In this document: one piece after another, positions 40,490 to 51,322 of the stretch
Layout of the letters: every line of letters begins with the position of its first letter
Numbering within the stretch: the first letter of the stretch is position 1
Source: Spongospora subterranea f. sp. subterranea
Taxonomy: Eukaryota
Assembly (NCBI GenBank): GCA_049724395.1
Contig: JAUGWO010000014.1
Coordinates: 1-64,000, forward strand
DNA length: 64,000 nucleotides
Reading direction: 5' to 3'
Program-made: the position numbers and the translations under genes
Notes under the pieces: generated by a model
What the model was told of the DNA's origin: nothing
Seen by the model: the letters and a program-made list of their open reading frames with translations, nothing else
Database searches by the model: none

Positions 40490-41900
40490 TAGACTATTGT
40501 ACATGACATTTGTGTACGACCTACGGTAGTGGCACATGTTTTTGTTTTTTGTGAGTTAAGGCAAGTAGTCTTAGCACGCCCCTTCGTCGTCACCTTCCTT
40601 GACTCCAAGGTTGACCTTGGTGTCTGTGTCAGTAAAGGAGTCTCGATGTTTTGTGAGCAACGATCTTGCCAAGCGCCTTAGTACGAATATTTCCGCCCAA
40701 CATGGGACGTTTTCTCACCATATTCACGCGCGATCATGTTGGCTTGGATCTGTTCGCGAACAACATGATATCGCACGTCAAAAGTTGGTTCGACGTTTGT
40801 CGACTGTGTTATTGCCTATTGGCCATAAAAACTGTCTCTTGATTCGATTGAAGGATAGTGACTGCTGGATCTGGGCTACTTGATAGTATCTGAACCGGTA
40901 ATTGTGTTGTTCCAACAGATGTACGAGATATTGACAGTGCGCCATAGGTCAAGGCAGTCACCACTGCTTCTCCTTCTCAGGGCGTGGATATGCGCCTTCG
41001 CAATCGAGTGGCGTTCACAACGTCACGGTGCGAAATGCGACGAGTGTCAGACGTGCAATCGCCAGGGCAGGTGACGCGTCCGGTAAATCAGATCAACTGG
41101 TCGCCATCGTCCTGGGCAGTCCTAGAACGATCGGACAAACGTATTCAATTGTTGAGCAACCTGTACGATATCGGCTTGACTAACCCGATTGACGGCCAAG
41201 GAATCTGTGTCGACGACGTTGATGGAACTGATGGCGCTTGATGTAAGCACCAACCGATTATCGAGTGCGCCGCACACCATCCGTTTTCCCCTACAAAGCC
41301 TCAATCAAGGCATTTGCATCCGGCATGGTGTGTTCATGATCAGCCCGGGTTCGTCCCTCATATCAAGCGCGTCGGGTCGCATGGCTTCATTCGCCGAAAT
41401 CGTGTAATGGTCGCACTGGCGCCGAGTTGCTCATGGAACTGCCTGTTGGGTTCATTCATTGTTCCTTCCTTGGTTGCGTCGCGACACGCCATGTTATTCA
41501 CATTCGGTCGTTGACAGTGCGAGAAGTTTTCTGGTGCAAAACTTTGATTGACTTGGGTGATCGTCGTATCCTCGCACCCGGTTATTATCGAATTATCGCC
41601 ATTAACTCCAATTACGATAGTAAGCCGTTATTCCACCACCTTCAACGTATCCCATCATCCCAAATCTATACTCATGCATTTCAAGCGTTTTGGCGAAAAC
41701 GGTTTCGAACGGTCGCTTGAATACTTGCCACAAATGCTTGAACATCTTTACCACAATCTATCGACCTTGTGGCAACACATTTGTCTCATTGAATACACCA
41801 AAGTTCCCCCTTGAAAAGCCGCGAATACGTGGCAGGCGTGATCCGTATTCGGAAGAGTGAGATGTGGCTTTAGACAGCTGCCCCTTTCCACTTTCAACAC
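40490..41900 (-). mobile_element. Highly degenerate copia 3' half (RT-RNase H, PPT, 3' LTR) of a related family
   Basis: Minus-strand peptides LTIVIGVNGDNSIITG (like IIIGIYVDDLLITG), QSNQETVFMA, FDVRYHVVREQI and TKALG..KHRD; the same PPT CGAAGGGGCG is followed by TG at 40576. Confidence 0.75.
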
Positions 41901-42035
41901 GTCGTCCCAGATTCGTGAAATTTCCACCGTCTTCGCAGGTCCGTGGTTCCGGTCTCAGCATTGCGCCAACCCGTTGACTGTTGTCCAGCCGGCTGGAGTG
42001 TTGCTGGTGTGCTACACACGCTGCCATTACATATA

Positions 42036-42296
42036 ATGCCATCCCCATATGCCACACTATATCGCCAATTCCTACGAACGATTCGCGGGTTCCAATGCCC
42101 CGGTCACGTTCGCCGGAAGTTGCTGGATAACGTGGCCGTCGTCTTTCGTTCCCCTGTCGATCGAGACGATGACGACCATCTTGTTCGAGGAAATCATGAT
42201 CTCCAGATGCTAAAAATGATAGCCGATCTTCCGCCTGAACAGTTTCGTATGCTTTGCAGAAAGACGGATATTCTACCGCCTTTGGAGAAACGATGA
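42036..42296 (+). CDS. Small LYR-motif (Complex1_LYR-like) protein
   Basis: MPSPYATLYRQFLRTIRGF...VAVVFR. Confidence 0.6.
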   Translation: MPSPYATLYRQFLRTIRGFQCPGHVRRKLLDNVAVVFRSPVDRDDDDHLVRGNHDLQMLKMIADLPPEQFRMLCRKTDILPPLEKR

Positions 42297-42455
42297 TGAT
42301 CCCCAAAAACATCAATCCAGTAATGAGAAACCGTTCACCTTTTTTTCGATCTCGTCAATGATCCTTTGCAGACCATTTCCTGAACTCCAAGAAGAGACAA
42401 CGCCAGGATCATCGCTGTTGGGAGCAGTTGGTCGAAGACAGGCTAAGAAATATAG

Positions 42456-44005
42456 TTAATAGGGTTTATTGTAATATTGAGCAGGTTGAGGATAAGAGTT
42501 TCCTGTTGGTGGTTGTGATGGGGGAAGAGCACCGTTGAACACAGGCGGTGTCCCTTGTTGAACATATGGCGGGTACGGAGACGGTGCCTGAGCAGGTCCC
42601 AATTGGCTTGTATAGAACGGCATCTGTTGCGGTCGTGCTGGAACCGGCGGTGCCGCCGCCGAGTATGGTGCATTATATTCCGAATAAGGAGGCGGAGGGA
42701 AATCAGGCTCTGTCTGAACATTGTTTTGAAGTTGATGATTATACTGTGGGTTGTACGCCGGACCGGGGGCGTATTGGGGGTTGAACGGTGCTGCGCCATA
42801 TTGCGGGCCTGCCGGTGGTGGCGCCTGCATTTGTTGTGGAACGTTGCCCATCATGGGCGGTTGCTGGGGAGCGTACTGGTTCGACACTGGAGAATACGCT
42901 TGCCCATATGGAGCATTACAGGAGACCGGGGGAGCGCCTTGATTGAAGGATTGCACAAAGACCGGCGGCCCTGGAGCGAACCTGTTTTGAGTTGGCGCTT
43001 GCTGCATGTACTGAGGATTCGGCTGGGCGTAGGCGGGGTTGACATAGGAAGGCTGTGCCATGGTTTGCTGACCAGGCCTGAGCGAAACATCGTAAAACGA
43101 TAGATCGCCGCGCGACTTGGATTGTTGTACTTGCATCAGCGACACTTTAAATTTCGGTTTGTTGGAAAGAAGCTGGCGTAGTGAAAATTTCGCATCGCCA
43201 ATGTGGTCTGGTGGCTTTCCTACGAATCAGGGTAAATGACACGCTGAAACGGGCGATGTACGAGAACAACAACAAACCGTCATCAAAATCGAAACACCTC
43301 ACTAAAATTGAACGTTCCGGGTCGCCAAAGCACAATAATTCAACAGGAATGCTAAGGTTGGCCCAGATCGGTTTGAGAGTGGCTTTTTGCACGGTTGTTG
43401 TGAAGACCTTGATCCACCCGTTTTGTTCGAGACGATAAAGTTCAACGAATGGATCCGATTTCCCGTTCTGTAAATGCGACAATAATCGGCACCGTATAGA
43501 GAAGGAACTTATTCGATATTACCCAGTCCATAGCTTTCAGCTTTTTCGCTAAATACAGTTGATGAGTTTGACAAGAGGATTCGACGGTACATTTGAACCA
43601 ACCTTTGATACTAAAGTGAAGAATATCTCCCCTGTTGACGCTAGCGTTATGGACAGGCCCATGATGCGATGAATTATTAGGAACAAGACTGGACTTTAAT
43701 TCCATCGCCGCCTGTTTCATCGCTTTGTGTATTTGGCCTGAACCAGCCAGGAATCTCAGCTTCGCAATCAAACCCGCCATCGGCATTCCCCGACCTGGAT
43801 ACATCCTGACAATCGGCGCCAACGCGCCTCCGGTTTTGCCAATTCAATACCGACAGGGCGTTCCGTGTAGTGAATTCCTTGGAACACAAAAGTGATCAGT
43901 GTCCGATGATAGCGCCACGCCACTTATGTTCACTCGTGAGTGTAAGAGCAGCCCCCACCCCCGTCCACCAAAGCCATCCGGCGTTCCCCTCGAAGTCGAC
44001 GCCAT
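42456..44005 (-). CDS. Copine-type C2-domain protein with a long Pro/Gln/Tyr-rich tail (5' end approximate)
   Basis: AKKLKAMDWNGKSDPFVELYR...TLKPIW...LCFGDPERSILVRCFDFD, then a low-complexity PQY-rich C-terminus. Confidence 0.7.
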
Positions 44006-44032
44006 GGCGTCATTCGTTTCTTCTGACTCACG

Positions 44033-44544
44033 ATGGCGCCATCGCAGATCATATATCAGCTGGCTGGTCACCGTCGGGCTGTATATCGGGCGCTAGGGTT
44101 CGGCTCCAGAATGCAGCTGGCCGTTTCATCAGGGCTGGCGGTGGCAGCTGCGTTTCTGGCCGACCAGGCGCCAATTCTGACGTCGGCGGCGATCATGACG
44201 GTGTCCACTTCGGTCGCGCTGGTGATTCACACCGTCAATCGTCGGATGGTTTCCGAAATCAAATTGAACGAGGGCGGTAATACGATCCTGATCCGCTCGA
44301 TTGCTGGAGGCGAAAGCAACGTTCCATTGAGGTCGTTTATTCAATCGGTGCCGTTCGATTTGGGATCGGTTATGGAGAAGAAGCCTCTCATTGTCCTCAA
44401 GGTCGCTATTGCACACTTTCGTATCTGTTTAGGCACCAACTCACATTACTAGACCAGGCCGAAAACGACAAGCTGTTTCTCGACGTCAGGAACGACATGC
44501 TACGATGCGGTCCATTGAAGGAAATTGCTACCCGAATTTCATAA
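44033..44544 (+). CDS. Small two-TM protein (TMEM70/TMEM186-like), one intron
   Basis: Two hydrophobic helices followed by RRMVSEIKL...TILIRSI. Confidence 0.45.
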
Positions 44545-45019
44545 AGTTCTGTCGCACCTCACTTCCCTACAATTAATCGATATATCCAGTCCGCCGCTTT
44601 TTCTATCCCTTTGTTTGTAACAGCTCCACCGCACGACAGTTAATACGCAATCGAAAGTTTATCCACCTGGTTTCTCCCTAATAAAGCTACGTGTTCAAGG
44701 CGTCACTGTTTCGTGAGAAATTTTACATATAACGACCCCTTTCGAAGATGGCCTGGATCATTTCTTTACGTAATGCATCCCGTGAAGCTAAGTTTCCTAG
44801 CGTTGACAACGCGAAAGTCATCACCTCCAATTCAGAAAGCGCAGTCAACCTGGACGCCAAGGAAAACCAGGGTTGTTCTAACCGTTTTACACTCAATTCA
44901 GTTCGAGCAATAGCCGGAATTCGGAGTCAACAAAGCGTTTGATGGTCAAAATTGACGTTGACTTTCTTTTGAGCCAACGGGACGGTACAACCGTAGGCAC
45001 CAACAGGAAGGACAGTCAG

Positions 45020-45303
45020 AATTCCAAGAGCAAGTACCCCGCCGAAGGGAAAGCTAACGGCGATGACCATGAGCAAGACGTTAACGAAACGGAGATGTAG
45101 ATTGTTATCCAAACCAGCGCGATGTCATTCGGTCGTCTCCTGCCCGGTCCTATTGGACATCTACGCTGCTGGCAGGGGACGACCGAATGGTATCGCACTG
45201 GCTTGGATGACAATCAACATCTCCCTTTCGTGAACATATTGCACTTTTGCTCATGGTCATCATCTGCCGCTCCCACTCCGGCGACATCCTTGTCTTGGAA
45301 ATT
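45020..45303. repeat. Long imperfect inverted repeat (arms about 125 bp, loop about 25 nt)
   Basis: GGAGATGTAGATTGTTATCCAAACCAGCGCGATGTCATTCGGTCGTCTCCTGCC pairs with GGCAGGGGACGACCGAATGGTATCGCACTGGCTTGGATGACAATCAACATCTCC. Confidence 0.85.
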
Positions 45304-46694
45304 TTAGGGGTCGTTCTTGTCATTATCACCTTCCTTGGGCTATTGATTGCCGTACTCGTAATTCGCATCGGTTTGGTCCTCGTACACCGCTATCTTTACA
45401 CCTTCAGCGCTCCCCAAGAGTCGCCACTTTCAAGGGATTTCGGGCGAGAGCTGTTGTTTTTTACTTTCTGAATTCAGGTCAGTTGACTCGTCGTTATCAA
45501 CTAGTTTTAGATCGGAATCGAATAACCGGAGTGGGCCAACCTTTAGCTGCCAGCAAAAGTGGTCGACCGTTGTTTCCCAGTGATCTGGCGTTTTTAACTC
45601 TGCCAGTTTTCATGTCCGCTCATGCCTGCCTTCTATTGTCTTTGATCTTTACTTGATCAACTCGCAAACCGCAGCAATGGTCAATTGATTGCGAGAGTCA
45701 TATTTTGGCCCGCGTCTTGTTGTATTTCGGAAACGATCTCTCTCTCTCCTAGCACAATTTCGATCATGTCTGTGCTCCAATCGGGGTTTCTCGACAACGG
45801 CCAGTGGCCCTGCGAACCGTCTGAAAGCGGAAGCTCGTCCTGCGTTCACTGATTCAGGGGACAGGCGTTTACTGGACCGACACTCCCTCACGGAATTGCG
45901 ATTCCTCCGGCGATTTCTTGAGCTTGGTGAATGATTTCTCGCATTTCACCTGAACCGTCCTCTTTTGCGTCGTCTGGAACAATGTTTGTTTCTCCCTATG
46001 TTCGTTCGCACATACAGCGCGTGAACCTGTCTGCAACTTGCTATGGCCTTCCGCATTGATTGCTGTGGGCCAACAAATGGCGTGCGAAAATATAAATAGC
46101 AATGCACCAGTGGTAAAAACGGTCCGCTGAGCAAGTCCAATGTGTACATGCACGCTCTGCGCAAATCACAGTTTTCGTTGGCCTGGCAGGCACTCCGATG
46201 ATCCTGTTCGTGATATTCGGCCTTCGCCGAGATACGTCCACCTTTTTTACATCCCGCTATAGTATGGCTTCCAACCACACTAGATACTATTCACGTTGTG
46301 ATCGGTCGCGTTGGTTGCACAAGGGGCACGGGAGTCGCAGACGAATCCATACCAAATCAAGCCGGACCTCACCACTCCGCACACAACTTGATCCGTTGAC
46401 ACCGCAGACGTTAGATTTCACTATACCTATATAGTGACAGGATTCGATTTCGGCAGGTTTTCGATCATCTTGTGGGCTGGCGTCATCGCCTCGATCGACG
46501 TCGACGTTCCAGAAATCTCCATCTTTTGCGCCAGCTGAAAGTCAAACACAGTCAGCGCGCAGTGCGTAGCCCCAATCCGTTCGTACACTCTGCACTCGCG
46601 CACTTTATTCGCTAAGTAAGTACCTAACCAACAGCTGGCTCATATCTGTCAAAGCGAATATTGTTGATATTCGCGGCCGTCGCCACCGAGGGCG

Positions 46695-48336
46695 ATGATC
46701 AGTGCTGTCCTGTTGATCAACGTCAAAGGGGAAATCGTTATTTCGCGGTTTTTTCGCGATGATATTACCAAATTGGACACGGACACCTTCCGTTTGCGAG
46801 TGATTGCGGCGAAGGAGGCGGCTGCCGTTCCGATCATCCGAATAGAGGACTGCTCGACGATGTTCATTAGACATGGCGACCTGCACGTTGTGTCAATGAC
46901 GAAATCGAACTGTCATCCAGCGCTTGTTTTCGAATACATGTTCAAATTAGTTGAGGTGTTCAAGGCTTATTTCGGCGGATCTTTCGATGAAGAAGCAATT
47001 CGATCTAATTTCGTCCTGGTTTACGAACTGCTCGATGAAACAATGGATTACGGGTTCCCACAGATTCTTTCAGCGCTGAGCTTGAAGCAATATATCAAGG
47101 CGGCGACGATGAAGGATGTCGGGAGCAGTGAAAGTGGTGCTGAACCTGTCGACAATAACAAGATCACCTCAGAAATTACAGGTGCTATCGACTGGAGACA
47201 GCCCGGCAAGTTCAAGTATAGGAATAATGAAGTATATATTGACGTTTTAGAAAGCGTAAATATTCTCATGAGCAGTGACTGTAAGAATTCCAATTTTTTT
47301 CACAACTGAGCAGTTTTGTTTTCGCAACCGTTATCTATCCGATTATCACCGTTGTCGTGTGTCCAGTTTTTTTTTCTTTGAACCGTTGTTAACCCTTGAG
47401 GCTAGCTCTAATACGGTGACATCTACAGCAACTGTCTTAAGGTCTGACGTCAGTGGAAAGATTATGCTGAAATGCTATCTTACCGGGATGCCAGAATGCC
47501 GATTTGGTATGAACGATAAGCTGGTTCTGGATAAAGAACAATCAGGAAGAGCGACCTCTAACAAAAAGTTAGCCCATCGTTTCTTAAAGTGTCTGCGGAA
47601 TAACACTTACATCCACAGGAGTGCGTCGGGTATCGCCATTGACGATTGTACGTTTCATCGTTGCGTCCGCCTTGGGCGGTTCGATATAGATCGAAGCATC
47701 AGCTTCGTTCCCCCGGATGGTGACTTCCAGCTGATGTCGTACCGCATTACACAAAACGTCAATCTGCCCTTTTCAATAACACCGGTTATTACTGAACATG
47801 GCAAATCAAGAGTGTCCTACAGGTGGAAAACCTTTTTTGTTGAATATATCTACGACTATCTGATTTCTGTTAAGAATTGCACTGAATGGAGCTTTTGATA
47901 AGAACCTGTTTGCGACAAATGTGTGCATGAAAATCCCATGTCCGAAGAATACATCAACACAGACTATGCATGTCGGACAAGGATCAACGAAGTACGACCC
48001 TGTTACGAACACTATACAATGGAAGATTAGAAAATTCGCCGGGGATGCTAGGGATGTCTTAAATGGAGAAGTGCATCTGAAAGCGCTATTGGTCGACAAA
48101 CCCTGGCAGCGACCTCCTATTGCTTTAGAATTTCAGGTAAAAGGAATCCGAGTTCTTTTATTTTACTTGGTCAACGTGACGTGAATTAAACTGTTTTCCA
48201 TACTCAGGTTAACATGTACACGGCCAGCGGTTTACAAGTACGATCCTTGAAAGTTGTGGAGAAAAAGCATAGTTATCCGACGACAAAGCTCGTTCGATAT
48301 GTCACAAAAAATGGGCAATATCAGATTCGAATATAA
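46695..48336 (+). CDS. AP2M1: AP-2 complex subunit mu, multi-exon
   Basis: MISAVLLINVKGEIVISRFFRDD, NFVLVYELLDE, NEVYIDVLE, GMPECRFGMNDK, SFVPPDG and GQYQIRI. Confidence 0.93.
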
Positions 48337-48555
48337 CGCAATATTGCCTGCATGTCGACCCCTTTTGACTGGCAACACGAGATAAAGATATTATTCGCGC
48401 GTTTTTCTCAAATTGTATACATACCATAATTTTGAATAGTTCATGTGTCCTTGACCTTGGATATGTTCGGATTTTGAGGTGTTCGCATGATGTACTGTGA
48501 CCGCATGGCGCCATGAAGCAGTCTGTTTGATCGATATTATTTGCCGTTAAATGTC

Positions 48556-50696
48556 ATGAAGACGTTTTCAACTCTGGTTTTCCATCTGTGGTTACAAATC
48601 CATATAGCTGCTGCTTCGTCCGTCTGGACTGTCTCCCCGTGGTCGCGTTGCTCAGCGCCCTGTGATGTTGGCGCATCAACACGGCAAGTTACCTGCCGTT
48701 CATCTATCAACAATGAGTTTCTACCTGCATCAAACTGTTCTGATCCATCGCCGAGCGCAATGAAGGCGTGCGTATCTCCGTCTTGTCAATGGGCGTGTGC
48801 GCCCAATTCATCTTTCCCCATATGTCTATCATCTTCCTTACAACAGGTATGGATCGACTTACCAATTTCTGAAGAGTATCAGTTCAACAATGCTGAAACC
48901 CTTTGACTACTTACGCCATCATGCTTTAGAAGTGTTCCTTTGAAATCATCTCCTCAAAAATTTCCGCTTTTCAGGTCCCAGACGCTCACTGTACGAATAG
49001 CGGCAAACCTGGAAAATTCATGGACAGCTTAGTGTGCCCATACAGTCTGTCGGAGCTGTTTACAATCACTCCTTCATGCGATGGTTGCCCAGCAGAAGCC
49101 ACAACTTACTCATGGATGACGCTGTCCCCATGGTCATCATGTCGGCCAATGTGCGGGTCAAGCCGATCGTCGTGGCGTCATATTGCATGCGTGGACTCGT
49201 CTGGGACCATTTCTGAGGATACGATGTGTTCTGGTTCCCGTCCCGACGACCATCGCCCGTGCCCAGATACAGAGGCGTGTCATGTAGCTGGTAATCGTTG
49301 TCATAACGTGGATGGAGAAGTTGTGGCCGATGTCTGGTGTAAGCCGTTCCAACGTAAGGCTCCACCAGAAGTTCATCCAGGTTCTAACTATGTGAAAAAA
49401 AGATGAATGGAACATCGAATCAGATTGGTCTCCCTGCGATGTCTCCACCTTTGTCCTCTCGACCCGACGTGTTGTCTGTGGCTCTGAACCGTGCACGTCC
49501 CCACCACCCGAGTCAGTCCGGCAATGCCCTGAGTCATCGCCACTGTTCTATATCAAGGACAGCGAGGCGCCTCTGTGCAGTGACGCATGCGGCATCAGCT
49601 ATCAGTCCAACGCGTTTTCATGTTCCTTACAGGACATGATGTTACCCAAAGAAGTCTGTCAGTCCGCAGGTGAAACAATTCACAGGCCACAGTTGAACTG
49701 TAACATCACCGGCTGTTTTACTCTCTGGATTGTCTTCATCTTTTCACCTCAGTGATATACGTTCTTCACCCTTTTCTCCAATTGCTGTTGCTGTACTGGG
49801 AATTTCGGTTACAAACTTTACATTTCATTGATTGCGGTGCACTGGCACACTGTCACATCAACGTCGATTCGGTTACAGCTTGCAGACATGGTTATGTTTC
49901 ATATCTAGATAGACGATCTCAAGTTACTTTTCACCTTCATTCATTCGTCAGTTCATTGATTTCCTCAATAACTTCGCATGTGCTTGTGGTCGTTTTGAAT
50001 GGGCTGTGAATTTTGCAGGTGTTCCAGATCCGCTGCAGACAGTATGCCCAGACCGGGGCATGTAATTCTGGCGACTCGGGTAGTTGCGACTTGCGCGCCA
50101 GGATGAACGTATCCGTTCCTAGTGGGGTCTTTTCGGTTGATCAGGTGCAAACATTGTTCATTGCGGATATGGAATCTGCGATTCCGCAATCCGATTCAGT
50201 TAATGTGAACTCGGTCGTTAAGCTCAACGTCGACCGTTATGGAATCGATTTCACCGTTACGTGCAAAGACTTATCATATCCGGTCGCCGATTCAATAGCA
50301 GGTCAACTTCTAGATGTCAACAGCACATTACGTCAAGGAATTATTACTCGGGGAGTACAAGGCGGATTTGTTCCTGTGAAAAATGATGAGAAATCTCCAG
50401 AAGGTTGAAACTCTCTTTGTTGGGCTAAATTGGAGACTTAAAACAATTTTTCAGGTGATGGATATGAGCCCGTGTATGCAGTGGTTGCAGTGTTCGTTGT
50501 CGCGTTTGTTCTGGTGATGGCACTAATAAAGCGCTGCATGCCGAAGCAGCACCAGTTAGTCAGTACAAGTGTAGACGCAAGAGACCTGGATCCTTCCTTT
50601 TCCAAAATCGCCATCTCAGCATTCGCATGCTATCAGGTTGCCCAAATTCAGTGCCATTTCGCAAGCGCGGCGTACATCGTTCGAAGTACCAGTTAA
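48556..50696 (+). CDS. Type-I membrane protein with several ADAMTS-type thrombospondin type-1 repeats
   Basis: Signal peptide; WTVSPWSRCSAPC...RQVTC and WMTLSPWSSCRPMC...RHIAC; C-terminal TM YAVVAVFVVAFVLVMALI. Confidence 0.75.
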
Positions 50697-51322
50697 TCTG
50701 AAATCTCATGGATTACCATAGAAAAGCACAGTAAAAACCACTCTTTGTGCCATTTTGTTAACGATTTTTAGAGGGTTTATGTTAAGGGGCGACGCACATA
50801 CGCAGCAACGGATACAACTTTGGTTTTTCTTCGATGATAGAATGTTTCAATGCGATTTGAAAAATATCGATAGTTTGGCTTTCATCGAACGTATTGCGAA
50901 GATCAGAGTGGCTATATATTGTTTGTGGTGATGATCTTATACTGCCATTACGAAATGACGCGCTGGTTGGTTAACATTGCAAGAGCGTTTTCTTGCTGCG
51001 ATCTCGCGAAAACACACGTTTAGGTTCGGGAGAGCAAGACATGACTTATTGGAAACCTTCTTTACTGGGATTGGGGACCAAACAAGTACTATTTTGAAAT
51101 GACTTTTTTGTTCGAGTAGGTTGTTGATAGCATGATAGTTACTAGGACGCCTGATGCTTTTATTTCTGTCAAACTTTGATCCCAGCAAAGTATGGTATGA
51201 TCACTCACGAGTCTTACGAAGCCCACCATTGTTATCGCCAATTGGTTGCTTCGAACTTGTTATATAACTCGCTATGTGCTGCTGCGAAGGCGGATGTATA
51301 GTGTAAAACAGTCACCGTTTAT

